DNA of 64,000 nt, taken from a virus. Position numbers and translations under genes: made by a program. Below the pieces are notes generated by a model, which saw nothing but the letters and a program-made list of their open reading frames with translations, did no database searches and had not been told where the DNA came from. The stretch is from IMG/VR virus record IMGVR_UViG_3300020020_000002, positions 1 to 64,000 of that record, one strand, 5' to 3'. Within the stretch, counting starts at the first letter, position 1. Each line of letters begins with the position of its first letter. Shown here in pieces: positions 50,974 through 58,784 of this stretch.

Positions 50974-51599
50974 GTCTCCTGCATGTGGCCGAGGTTGCGA
51001 TCGAGGCCTTGCTGGCGCAGCTTCTCGGCCGTCTCGGCCTGCCGCATCAGCTCGCCGCTGGGATCCGCCGTGCTGCACATGTGGAGCATCGCGGCGACCT
51101 TCTCGCCCGCGGTAGCGAAACCATCGAGGGCCTTGCGGCGATCGAGTAGCCGCTCGATGTCGGCGTATTTGTTCGCTGGCCCTTCGAGTTCTTTGATCCG
51201 ATCGCGCTGGGCCACGATCGTCGCGCCGAGCAGATCCTCGGTGCCGCCGCTGGCCAAGTCGTCGCGCAGGTTTGAGATCTCGTGCGAGAGTTCGGCGCAA
51301 CGGTTTTCGAGTCGCTGGATCGTCTTGAGCTGCCCGTCGATGACCTGCGCGCTGAAGGCGTCGCTGAACGGGCGTTTGCCCTTGTCGAGGCTTTCCTTGT
51401 AGTAGACGAGGTCGGCGTTGCACTTCTCGACGATCTTCTCGCAGTCCTCCTCAGTCTTGCGGATCGCCTCGATGGCTTTCTGCCAGCTCGCGACCATGAA
51501 CTTCACGCGCTCCTCGATCGGGCGATCGGCGTAGTATGTCTCGGGGATCAGCTTGGTGATCGCTTCGAGCGTTTCGCTGGGTTGGTAGGCGCTATCCAT
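50970..51599 (-). CDS. coiled-coil protein (209 aa)
   Basis: Trimmed to ATG 51597-51599 (MDSAYQPSETLEAITKLIPETYYADRPIEE...). Confidence 0.6.
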   Translation of the reverse strand: MDSAYQPSETLEAITKLIPETYYADRPIEERVKFMVASWQKAIEAIRKTEEDCEKIVEKCNADLVYYKESLDKGKRPFSDAFSAQVIDGQLKTIQRLENRCAELSHEISNLRDDLASGGTEDLLGATIVAQRDRIKELEGPANKYADIERLLDRRKALDGFATAGEKVAAMLHMCSTADPSGELMRQAETAEKLRQQGLDRNLGHMQET

Positions 51600-51852
51600 T
51601 TGCGGCGAGGTGGCGGGTGGCTGGTTTCGGAGCGGGGCAATTGCTTTGGCGCTCGTTGCATTTGGCGCAGCGCAGGCCGCTGTCGACCTCGTCGGACATA
51701 GGATGCGTGGCATTGCGCACGACGCGCTTGCACAGGCTGATGTTGTCCGCGCCTTTGAAGTAGTGGAAGATCCGCACGGCGTGGCGCGGTTTGGCGCGGC
51801 CGAGGGACCAGCCGGGGCCCATGGTGTTGGTTGGTGCTGTTGTCGAGTTCAT
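51592..51852 (-). CDS. Cys-rich protein (86 aa)
   Basis: Track ORF MNSTTAPTNTMGPGWSLGRAKPRHAVRIFHYFKGADNISLCKR...CAKC. Confidence 0.55.
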   Translation of the reverse strand: MNSTTAPTNTMGPGWSLGRAKPRHAVRIFHYFKGADNISLCKRVVRNATHPMSDEVDSGLRCAKCNERQSNCPAPKPATRHLAANG

Positions 51853-51859
51853 TTGAAAG

Positions 51860-52042
51860 TTAGCCGGGACCGGGCGCGCGGGACATCAGCATGTTCGTGA
51901 ATTGCGCCGTGGTCATGATGAGGTCGAGGACTTGGTTGCCGTCCTTGGTGATGCTGGCCGCGATGCGGTCGAGCGCGGTTAGGTGAACGACTTTCACTTT
52001 GTAGCCGTCACCCTCGTATTGGAATGTTTCGTCGTCTTTCAT
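51860..52042 (-). CDS. hypothetical protein (60 aa)
   Basis: Trimmed to ATG 52040-52042 (MKDDETFQYEGDGYKVKVVHLTALDR...); ATGA overlap. Confidence 0.55.
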   Translation of the reverse strand: MKDDETFQYEGDGYKVKVVHLTALDRIAASITKDGNQVLDLIMTTAQFTNMLMSRAPGPG

Positions 52043-52251
52043 TTGATGTGTTGCATCCATGCCTCTTGTTCGCCGCAAGCGAAGAGGAACTCTTTCAGAA
52101 CTTTGATCGCATCTTCACGCTGCATGCTGGACACGTAGCTAAGCTTTCCACCAGCGCCGAGCGGGGCCGTGAGCAGGATGAATGCGTGGTTGTCCGGCAG
52201 GTGTTGCTCGATCGCTTTGGCTGCATCTTTGAGGTAAGTTTTATCGGGCAT
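52039..52251 (-). CDS. hypothetical protein (70 aa)
   Basis: Trimmed to ATG 52249-52251 (MPDKTYLKDAAKAIEQHLPDNHAFILLTAPLGAGG...). Confidence 0.55.
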   Translation of the reverse strand: MPDKTYLKDAAKAIEQHLPDNHAFILLTAPLGAGGKLSYVSSMQREDAIKVLKEFLFACGEQEAWMQHIK

Positions 52252-53629
52252 CAGGTGGCGCGGTTGCGTCGAGTGGTTTGTCTGGCACCTCGGCGATCGG
52301 CTCACCGCCGGGTTGATAGTCTTCAATGCATAGGTGGCCCAGCCATCGAGCAGTGTAGTCGACGATCGAGTTGGCGACCCTGATGTCGGGGTTGGTGGTG
52401 ATCCCGCGGGGCTCGAACTTATGCCACGCGAACATGCGCGCGATCTCCCTGACCGGCACGCCGTATTGCAGGAGCATGCTTAGGCTGCGCGCCCACGCGT
52501 CGGCGAAACCCTGCAGGGTTGAGCCCTGCTTCTGGATCACGATGAAGACCTCGCCCGGGCGGCTTGGATCCACGTCGTCGCCCTCGCCGTAAAAGCCCAC
52601 GGTGATGTAGCCCTTCTGCCCGGCGATATCGAACTTGTGGGTGACCGCGTTGCGTGTGTCGGGCAGGCGGTGCCGTTGCTCGATCGGCGCAGGCCCGTCC
52701 GCTTGCACGGGCATCGTCTCGGTGAGTTGCTGGGCGAGGCCCTTGGTGAAGACCTGCCCACAGTTGTGGCATTGCACGACCCTGTTGAACTCGTTCCAAA
52801 AGATCGGGCCGACCTCGATGTCGTGGATCGGGTAGCCACAGCACGGCGTTACCCCGGTGCGCTTGATTGCGTTCGGGTTGGCGGCTTCGGCGGCGGTGCG
52901 GGCGGGGCGCTGTTGGCGCAGGTCGGCTTCAACGTAGTTTTTAATCGCGCTATCGAGCCCGTCATCGTCGCGCACCATGTTGGTCAGGTTTTTGATCGTG
53001 CACGCGTTGATGCGATGATCGAAGTCGCGGCGCGTGCATGGATCGCCCAAGTAGCGCCCGCCGATCTCGCCCTGCGGGCCTACCGGGCCTCGGGCGTCGT
53101 TCCAGCCGTCCCAGTCCATCACCTCGAAGCCGAGCAGCGTGGCCCACACCTCGGGCAGCAGGAGCACGTCCGGCGTGAGCTTGTCGACGTTGATCCGCGA
53201 GCCACGGCGCAGCTTTAACTTTTTGACCTCTTCGCGCATTTCACCGAATGCGTCGCAGATGTCCTCGACGCACTCGGCCAGCGGGATCGAATTCCCACCG
53301 CGCTCTTTCTCCCACCCGACCCGGTCGAGCGCCGCGCCGATGCGCTTGGCGATGTGACCCAGCACGATCGCTGCGCCGTGGTCGTCGAACTGCAGCTCGC
53401 CTAGGTCGAAGGCATGCGTGACGTCGATCTGCTTGTTCATCGCGCTGGTGGGCGTGCGGCGGTTGATGACCGGCACGATCGCGGTGTAGCCGGTGACGCG
53501 GACGCGGGTGCCGGGCGAGATCTCAGGATCTCTCGCGGTCAGCACGGTGGCGATCGGATCTTGAAAGCGTGGCGGTCCTACTTCGAGGTTGAGTGGGTCG
53601 GGTGGTGTTTGCATCGGTTGAGTGTTCAT
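52241..53629 (-). CDS. protein with stand-alone NrdJ C-terminal (TSCPD-like) domain, Zn-ribbon and novel N-terminal region (462 aa)
   Basis: C-terminal THKFDIAGQKGYITVGFYGEGDD...PGEVFIVIQKQGSTLQGFADAWARSLSMLLQYGVPVREIARMFAWHKFEPRGITTNPDIRVANSIVDYTARWLG parallels the C-terminal segment of long class II (B12) ribonucleotide reductases; no catalytic barrel upstream. Confidence 0.6.
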   Translation of the reverse strand: MNTQPMQTPPDPLNLEVGPPRFQDPIATVLTARDPEISPGTRVRVTGYTAIVPVINRRTPTSAMNKQIDVTHAFDLGELQFDDHGAAIVLGHIAKRIGAALDRVGWEKERGGNSIPLAECVEDICDAFGEMREEVKKLKLRRGSRINVDKLTPDVLLLPEVWATLLGFEVMDWDGWNDARGPVGPQGEIGGRYLGDPCTRRDFDHRINACTIKNLTNMVRDDDGLDSAIKNYVEADLRQQRPARTAAEAANPNAIKRTGVTPCCGYPIHDIEVGPIFWNEFNRVVQCHNCGQVFTKGLAQQLTETMPVQADGPAPIEQRHRLPDTRNAVTHKFDIAGQKGYITVGFYGEGDDVDPSRPGEVFIVIQKQGSTLQGFADAWARSLSMLLQYGVPVREIARMFAWHKFEPRGITTNPDIRVANSIVDYTARWLGHLCIEDYQPGGEPIAEVPDKPLDATAPPDAR

Positions 53630-54336
53630 AAGCTTCCTGCCTCCATTTCATCGATCGATTTGTCGCCGCTAGTGAGCGGCAGCGGGCCGACGGTCTTGAC
53701 GTGGCCGTTGCTGCCGGTGGAGATGTTGTTGGTGATGGCCTGAAAGATCAGTGTCTGCATCCGGTTCTCAGTGAGCTTGGCCTCGTCCTCCCCCTTCTCG
53801 TTGATCCCGATGCCTAGTAGCTTGCGGGCCTGCTCGGTGACTTTCACGATCGTCTCGGCCGCCTTGGCCTGCTCGGCGAATGCGTTCTCATCGAGCACCT
53901 CGACCTCCATCCCGAATTGCTTCACCACCCGCTTGACGTAGAGCGGTCCCTGCGCGCCCTCAACCGTGTTGGTGGCGATCGGCAGGAACTCGCGGATGAT
54001 GCTTTCGAGCCTAGGCAGCGCGATGGCGAGATAGGCATCGCGCTGATCCGCGATCGACTCCTTGCGATAGGTGACGGCCCCGCGGATGAACCCGGCGATC
54101 GTTGTGTGCGAGGGCACGATCTGGAGGTTGAATTTCTTGGCCAGCGCCTGCGCGATATCGCGCTGGTGCCAGCCCTTGGTGACTAGGTCAAAGCAGAACT
54201 CTTGAAACTCGACGCGGCGCTCGTCCTCGCCAGTGCCGTTCGGTGCGCCGGGCAGGTGCTCCTTTTTTTGCACGACTGCCTTGCCTTGGTTGTTACCTTT
54301 ATTCGGCGGCTTTTTGCTGTCCTTCTTTTTGGCCAT
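53626..54336 (-). CDS. HTH DNA-binding protein, possible small terminase subunit (236 aa)
   Basis: Track ORF; Lys-rich N-terminus, HTH-like GWHQRDIAQALAKKFNLQIVPSHTTIAGFI, helical centre, acidic C-terminus; about 4.4 kb from terL, so the assignment is weak. Confidence 0.3.
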   Translation of the reverse strand: MAKKKDSKKPPNKGNNQGKAVVQKKEHLPGAPNGTGEDERRVEFQEFCFDLVTKGWHQRDIAQALAKKFNLQIVPSHTTIAGFIRGAVTYRKESIADQRDAYLAIALPRLESIIREFLPIATNTVEGAQGPLYVKRVVKQFGMEVEVLDENAFAEQAKAAETIVKVTEQARKLLGIGINEKGEDEAKLTENRMQTLIFQAITNNISTGSNGHVKTVGPLPLTSGDKSIDEMEAGSL

Positions 54337-54673
54337 CGGTGTCGAGAGATGGGTTGCTAGGCACGAAGTCGGAGAGGTAGAGATCGGCGTAGAGGTAGCC
54401 TTTGCAGTCTTTGCGCGGGCAGTTGATCCGCACCTCCAGCCGGTCCTCCTGATCGGTCTTGTGCACGCTTAGGTCGGCGATCAGTTGGTGGCGCGGGATG
54501 TTGCGCCTGCAGGTGGGGCAGTTGATCGCGCCGGGATCCTGACACGGGCAGGTCTGGCCGGGCTTGATGATCGCGCCGCAGCCTAGGCAGAGGCGCGAGA
54601 CGTTCTTGGCGGCGCGGATGGCCATCTCGGCCGCGGTGACCGACTGGCCGGTGAAGTTGAGATTGAGCGGCAT
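54299..54673 (-). CDS. Cys-rich Zn-finger protein (124 aa)
   Basis: Track ORF MPLNLNFTGQSVTAAEMAIRAAKNVSRLCLGCG...CPCQ...CPTC...CPRKDC. Confidence 0.6.
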   Translation of the reverse strand: MPLNLNFTGQSVTAAEMAIRAAKNVSRLCLGCGAIIKPGQTCPCQDPGAINCPTCRRNIPRHQLIADLSVHKTDQEDRLEVRINCPRKDCKGYLYADLYLSDFVPSNPSLDTDGQKEGQQKAAE

Positions 54674-54718
54674 AAAAAGGATGCGGGTTTATTGAGCGAG
54701 AGCGCCGGAAAACCCGCA
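54674..54718 (-). terminator. intrinsic terminator-like hairpin + U-tract
   Basis: Minus strand TGCGGGTTT-19 nt-AAACCCGCA followed by TCCTTTTTATG; lies between stop 54733 and ATG 54673. Confidence 0.5.
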
Positions 54719-54732
54719 AAACGGCGACGTGG

Positions 54733-55293
54733 TTAGCGCCGTGGACGTGCGCCGCGGGATTTGGCTTTCTCGACCGCCTTGCTGCGCTTGGCGGCCGCCT
54801 TGGCCTTCTTGTTGGCCTCGCGGTTGCGATCGGCCGTGCTGGGCACGGTGTTCGCCCGGGTGCCTGCCTTCTCGGGCTCTTCCTCCTCCAGCACCGGCTT
54901 GTCACCCCCGGCGAGTCGGCCGTCCTTGTTGTCGTCACGGCCGACGGGCGTGCGCACCGGCTGATCGGCCTGCGCGTTCGCTTGACTCCCGTCGCGGTTG
55001 TCGGGGTCGTCGCCGCCCTCTTGGTGGATCCCCCGGTGCTGCTCGCTGAACGTGATCGTGCCCCCGGTGGAGCGCACCACGCGGTCGATCTCCGCGGCGA
55101 TCGCGGCCCCGGCCTTGACTAGGTTGCGCACGTATTCCTGCGGGTTGGCAGGATCCGCCTCGTCGAGGTAATGCTCGGCGAGGTCGGTTAGCTCACCGTT
55201 GATGAGTTCGTTGTCGTGCTCATCGGTGAAGGTGAACGTCGGGCCGCGCTGCCGTGAACGCTCTTCTTGGATTAGGACAATTCCGCTTTTCAT
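54733..55293 (-). CDS. hypothetical protein with basic disordered tail (186 aa)
   Basis: Track ORF MKSGIVLIQEERSRQRGPTFTFTDEHDNELINGELTDLAEHYL... Confidence 0.6.
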   Translation of the reverse strand: MKSGIVLIQEERSRQRGPTFTFTDEHDNELINGELTDLAEHYLDEADPANPQEYVRNLVKAGAAIAAEIDRVVRSTGGTITFSEQHRGIHQEGGDDPDNRDGSQANAQADQPVRTPVGRDDNKDGRLAGGDKPVLEEEEPEKAGTRANTVPSTADRNREANKKAKAAAKRSKAVEKAKSRGARPRR

Positions 55294-55333
55294 GTTGGTA
55301 TGTTGGTTTGTTTTTAACTCTCGAACGCTGCGA

Positions 55334-55735
55334 TCATACGCAGATTTTCGGCGGTGCGGGCAGCTCTTTGTTGATCGGCCTCCAAAGGTGCAAAACGTGA
55401 TCGTGCACGTTCACATAGTTCTCCTCGGGCGGGTGGTATTGCACGACCGTTTCGTGGCGCTCCCAAAAGAGCTGCTTGACCTTGCACATCTCGTCCCACG
55501 TGGGGATGCGCGCCTCGATCGAGCCATCGAGCTTGGGCTGCCTAGCATGCACTGAGACGTGCTCCCACTCGCCGGTTTCGAGTGTATTGGGGTCGCCGTC
55601 GGTGGCGATCATGACGAGGGTGACGCCGTTGTCCATGAGGTGCGAGAAAACACCGAACGTGTCGCCGGTCTTGCTTGACCACGGGCCGTTCTGGCGCACG
55701 CGATCGCCTTCGAGGTGAGTCCAGTCTTTCTTCAT
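55334..55735 (-). CDS. conserved phage protein (133 aa)
   Basis: Track ORF; WEHVSVHARQPK...IPTWDEMCKVKQLFWERHETVVQYHPPEENYVNVHDHVLHLW resembles a widespread phage DUF (from memory). Confidence 0.6.
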   Translation of the reverse strand: MKKDWTHLEGDRVRQNGPWSSKTGDTFGVFSHLMDNGVTLVMIATDGDPNTLETGEWEHVSVHARQPKLDGSIEARIPTWDEMCKVKQLFWERHETVVQYHPPEENYVNVHDHVLHLWRPINKELPAPPKICV

Positions 55736-55965
55736 GCGACCTTTTTGAACACGTAGTTGCCCTTGATGTATTTCTGGAAATAGCTGCCCTTGCTGGGTGC
55801 ACGCATCAGCTCGGTGTAAGTCTCGGCCGCGACGTTGTCGTAGATGTAGACGGATGAGGATGTCTGCCCGGCGAAAGGTTTGAACTCGATCTCCAGACGC
55901 AGGATGCTGGGGTCATAGCCGATCGACAGGATCTGGCTGCTATTTGCTACGGGTATGCGTTCCAT
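55732..55965 (-). CDS. KTSC-domain protein (77 aa)
   Basis: Trimmed to ATG 55963-55965; SSQILSIGYDPSILRLEIEFKP....VYIYDNVAAETYTELMRAPSKGSYFQKYIKGNYVFKK fits the KTSC pattern (S.I..vgYd...L.veF....Y.Y..V....y..l..A.S.G.yf...I). Confidence 0.65.
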   Translation of the reverse strand: MERIPVANSSQILSIGYDPSILRLEIEFKPFAGQTSSSVYIYDNVAAETYTELMRAPSKGSYFQKYIKGNYVFKKVA

Positions 55966-56269
55966 TGGTTGTGACTGGTTGCTTTGGGCACTTGGCAAAT
56001 CCGCTGACGTGCACCCATGCGTTCTCTTCGTAAGTTTGGACGCCGCCGCACTTGGGGCAGACGCGTTTTTCGGGCTCGTGTTTGACCCACGGGCGCTTGG
56101 GCCGCGTGGATTTGGTTTTGCTGTGCCGGGCCTTCGCACCTAGCTTGCCGATCTTCTTGTAGAAGCTGGCAGGCCGACGCTTGGCCTTGCCGGTGCCTGC
56201 TTTGCCGCCCATGCGGCCAAACGCAGACGCCGCGGCGCTGATATCGGGGTTGATCTCGGGCTCATTCAT
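55940..56269 (-). CDS. basic Zn-ribbon protein (109 aa)
   Basis: Trimmed to ATG 56267-56269 (MNEPEINPDISAAASAFGRMGGKAG...CPKCGG); promoter cassette upstream. Confidence 0.6.
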   Translation of the reverse strand: MNEPEINPDISAAASAFGRMGGKAGTGKAKRRPASFYKKIGKLGAKARHSKTKSTRPKRPWVKHEPEKRVCPKCGGVQTYEENAWVHVSGFAKCPKQPVTTNGTHTRSK

Positions 56270-56305
56270 AGATGGATAGCTAGTGCAAGCGGTTGCTTGT
56301 GTCAA
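56270..56305 (-). promoter_or_regulatory. promoter cassette P7 (leaderless-type)
   Basis: Minus strand: TTGACA-17 nt (GCAACCGCTTGC)-TAGCTA-7-ATG(56269). Confidence 0.55.
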
Positions 56306-56676
56306 TGCGCCGCCTGACGTCGTGACTTGCGTGGTGGTGTCACTTGGGGTGGCGGTGATTGGCGTGGTTTGTCGCGGTGAATGCGTCGCTTTACAGGTCG
56401 GCGCAGGTAGGCCTCCAGCTCGGGCGTGAACTTGATGCGCAGGATCCGGCCGGTCGAGCCATACTCGGCGTAGAATGCCGGGCAAGACGCCGAGTAGATG
56501 CGGCGGTGGAGCGTGTTGGCCCGCAGATCGCATCGCTTGGCGACGTCCTGCGGCGTGAGCATGTGGCCCGGCGCGTCCTTGGGCGGCAGGCATACCCAGC
56601 CGTGGGTTTGCAGGATGTGGATGGCGAGGCGGATTACTTCGCCCTCGTCGGTGTGGACCGGCGGCTTGGTGCTCAT
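56302..56676 (-). CDS. HTH (excisionase/MerR-like) DNA-binding protein (124 aa)
   Basis: Trimmed to ATG 56674-56676; MLTPQDVAKRCDLRANTLHRRIY resembles an HTH_17-type motif; ATGA overlap. Confidence 0.45.
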   Translation of the reverse strand: MSTKPPVHTDEGEVIRLAIHILQTHGWVCLPPKDAPGHMLTPQDVAKRCDLRANTLHRRIYSASCPAFYAEYGSTGRILRIKFTPELEAYLRRPVKRRIHRDKPRQSPPPQVTPPRKSRRQAAH

Positions 56677-56906
56677 AGCGGGAGTTTCGGGTTGTTCGCT
56701 TGGGTTGTCTCCACGGGCGTGGCGATCTTGAGGCTGTAGACGTAGCCAGCCCGGGTGCGCCAGTTGCTGCCGCAGCGCAGGCAGCGGACCTCCGAGTATT
56801 CGCTGGGCGTCCACTTGTAGCCGTTGAAGGCGCTGTGATTGCAGCGGTATTGCGTGACCCGCCAGTAGCGGCGGGATTTACAGGTGCAGGCGACGCCTTG
56901 GCTCAT
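56673..56906 (-). CDS. Cys-rich protein (77 aa)
   Basis: Trimmed to ATG 56904-56906 (MSQGVACTCKSRRYWRVTQYRCNHSAFNGYKW...CLRCGS); ATGA overlap. Confidence 0.6.
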   Translation of the reverse strand: MSQGVACTCKSRRYWRVTQYRCNHSAFNGYKWTPSEYSEVRCLRCGSNWRTRAGYVYSLKIATPVETTQANNPKLPL

Positions 56907-57106
56907 CGGTAGAGTTTCCGGTAGTAGCGGATGTCGAGGTTGCGCCCGGCCTTGTTGGCCGATTGCTGCGACTCGCCGAGTTGGTTGCCGTCGATGTCGA
57001 CGACCCGGGTGAACCACACGCGGCAGTGACGGTCATACCACCACTCGATGGTGACGCCGCTTTTGCCTGCGGGCTTGCGGTAGATCTTCCACGGTGCGGT
57101 GCTCAT
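56903..57106 (-). CDS. hypothetical protein (67 aa)
   Basis: Trimmed to ATG 57104-57106 (MSTAPWKIYRKPAGKSGVTIEWWYDRHCRVWF...); ATGA overlap. Confidence 0.6.
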   Translation of the reverse strand: MSTAPWKIYRKPAGKSGVTIEWWYDRHCRVWFTRVVDIDGNQLGESQQSANKAGRNLDIRYYRKLYR

Positions 57107-57426
57107 GTCAGGAGAGGTTGCTTGAGACGCTTCTCGGCCCGGTCGAGAGCCCGGCGCTCCCGGGCGGCGGCTTTGCGCTCCTTGGTGGCCCGTGCGCGCT
57201 CCAGAAGGGCCCGGTTGGCCTGCGCCCGCAGTGCGGAGCGGTAAACGTCGCACAGGGCGATCTGGACGCCTCTACGGGTGCCCTCAGGTCGGAGTTCGAT
57301 CAGGTCAGGCACGTCGTCGGTGCCGGGGATCAGGGTGGCGACCAGCCTGCGACGCTTGTCGAGGCCGAAGGAGCCATCGAGGGCGTTATTCGACCGGCGG
57401 CTGATTTTGCTTTTGAGCGGTGTCAT
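57103..57426 (-). CDS. hypothetical basic protein (107 aa)
   Basis: Track ORF MTPLKSKISRRSNNALDGSFGLDKRRRLVATLIPG... Confidence 0.55.
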   Translation of the reverse strand: MTPLKSKISRRSNNALDGSFGLDKRRRLVATLIPGTDDVPDLIELRPEGTRRGVQIALCDVYRSALRAQANRALLERARATKERKAAARERRALDRAEKRLKQPLLT

Positions 57427-57580
57427 GTGATTGCTGGCGAAGGATGGCGGCGGCTGCGGCGTAGTCGCCGGACAGTTCGGTTTGACTGCGAGCGATGCTG
57501 TCGCAGTAGGCGATGGCAGCTTCGCGGCTGGATAGGTCGGTCAGGCAGCAACGGGCGATTTCGTTTGGTGATGATCTCAT
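57386..57580 (-). CDS. hypothetical protein (64 aa)
   Basis: Track ORF MRSSPNEIARCCLTDLSSREAAIAYCDSIARSQ...; 41-nt overlap downstream. Confidence 0.5.
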   Translation of the reverse strand: MRSSPNEIARCCLTDLSSREAAIAYCDSIARSQTELSGDYAAAAAILRQQSHDTAQKQNQPPVE

Positions 57581-57928
57581 TTATCGGAGTGCTTTGCGAT
57601 GTTCGGTGTCGGCCACGTGCTGGAACCATTTGTCGACGGCCTCTTCGACCGGCAGGCCCATGCCGTGATACATGTGCGCGTTGGCCCACATGCCCATCTT
57701 CCAGCGGGACGGGTCGATCTTCGCGGCGAGGCACCGCTTGCGAAACGCGTCCTCGAACGCGTAGAGGTATTTGGTTTTTTCGTCGTTGAGCATGTGCTTT
57801 GGTTCGTTGATCGGCAGCCACCCGCAGAAGGGCGCTCCGAGGTCACTGTTGTGCCACGCGAGCCAGCCGTGCTTCTTGCTGAAGCCGTATTTGCGGCCCT
57901 TGTGCCGGTGGATTTGGGTGACCTTCAT
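57581..57928 (-). CDS. hypothetical protein (115 aa)
   Basis: Track ORF MKVTQIHRHKGRKYGFSKKHGWLAWHNSDLG... Confidence 0.65.
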   Translation of the reverse strand: MKVTQIHRHKGRKYGFSKKHGWLAWHNSDLGAPFCGWLPINEPKHMLNDEKTKYLYAFEDAFRKRCLAAKIDPSRWKMGMWANAHMYHGMGLPVEEAVDKWFQHVADTEHRKALR

Positions 57929-57931
57929 GGA

Positions 57932-58276
57932 TTACTTGCGGGAGACACGCTTGTGGTTGAAGTCGAGCAGGCCGAGGCTCTGGCGATCGGCGCGCCACTG
58001 CAGGTGATCGTAGGCCTCCTGCATGTTGTCGTAGTAGTTCCCGCAGTAGTAGGCCGCACCGTCGGTGAAAGGATCGGTTTCGGTGTGCACCACGTAGGGC
58101 GTCGTCGCGTTGCCACGCAGGAGGCGCAGCACGTAGCGGAACGGCCGGGTGGCCTCGGTGGCGGGGTGGATCTCGGAGCTGCCGAGGATGTCCTTGGCTT
58201 GGTCGGCCGCGGCGTTTTCCTTCGCGCGGTCGGCGATCGACTTGAAGTTGTCGGAGAGTTTGACGGTGTTTTTCAT
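57932..58276 (-). CDS. hypothetical protein (114 aa)
   Basis: Track ORF MKNTVKLSDNFKSIADRAKENAAADQAKD... Confidence 0.65.
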   Translation of the reverse strand: MKNTVKLSDNFKSIADRAKENAAADQAKDILGSSEIHPATEATRPFRYVLRLLRGNATTPYVVHTETDPFTDGAAYYCGNYYDNMQEAYDHLQWRADRQSLGLLDFNHKRVSRK

Positions 58277-58293
58277 GGTGTGAGAAAGAGGTT

Positions 58294-58318
58294 GGGGCGG
58301 GGGATTGAACCCCGCCCC
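58294..58318 (-). terminator. GC-rich hairpin with tRNA T-loop-like loop (intercistronic)
   Basis: Minus strand GGGGCGGGG-TTCAATC-CCCCGCCCC; followed by AACCTCTTTCTCACACC then ATG 58276; same layout as the hairpin at 1655. Confidence 0.45.
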
Positions 58319-58329
58319 GGGTGAGAGTG

Positions 58330-58719
58330 TTAGCCGACGATCATCAGCGACTGGGCGATCAGCTTGCGCATCGCTGGGGTCTTGGGGAGGATGCGCTTCG
58401 AGAAGCGGATCTCGGTGTCGGTGATCGTCACCTCGGCGAAGTTGGAGTTGTCGAGGCAGGCGCTGAAGGGCTCGAACTTGTTCAGGAGGCGAATGTCGGC
58501 GCGGTAGAGGAAGTAGACGCCGTCGCTGGTGACGAACGCTTCGCCGCTCTTGCAGTCTGTGCCGAACATGCGGTGGCCGCGCTCGGTGTTGGCGATCGTG
58601 CGCTTGGCCTCGGCCTCGTTGTAGGAGAGGTCCATGCCGCTCGCGGCGACTGCCTCGCCGAGGCTGGCGTGGCGGCTGATGATTTGGATCGCGGTGTTGG
58701 TCTTGGTCGTGTTGCTCAT
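58330..58719 (-). CDS. hypothetical protein (129 aa), MSN-type gene behind promoter cassette
   Basis: Last 129 codons of track ORF 58330..60009 from ATG 58717-58719 (MSNTTKTNTAIQIISRHASLGEAVAASG...); the rest of that ORF is an R-rich shadow of terL. Confidence 0.7.
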   Translation of the reverse strand: MSNTTKTNTAIQIISRHASLGEAVAASGMDLSYNEAEAKRTIANTERGHRMFGTDCKSGEAFVTSDGVYFLYRADIRLLNKFEPFSACLDNSNFAEVTITDTEIRFSKRILPKTPAMRKLIAQSLMIVG

Positions 58720-58778
58720 GGGGTGACTATGGGGGCAAGCCGTTGTGCTTGCAAGCCCTTTTTCGCTTTTTTTGCGAA
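58720..58778 (-). promoter_or_regulatory. promoter cassette P8 (leaderless-type)
   Basis: Minus strand: TTCGCAAAAAAAGCGAA-7-TTGCAA-17 nt (ACAACGGCTTGC)-CATAGT-6-ATGAGCAAC; begins 7 nt after the terL stop. Confidence 0.6.
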
Positions 58779-58784
58779 TTCTTT

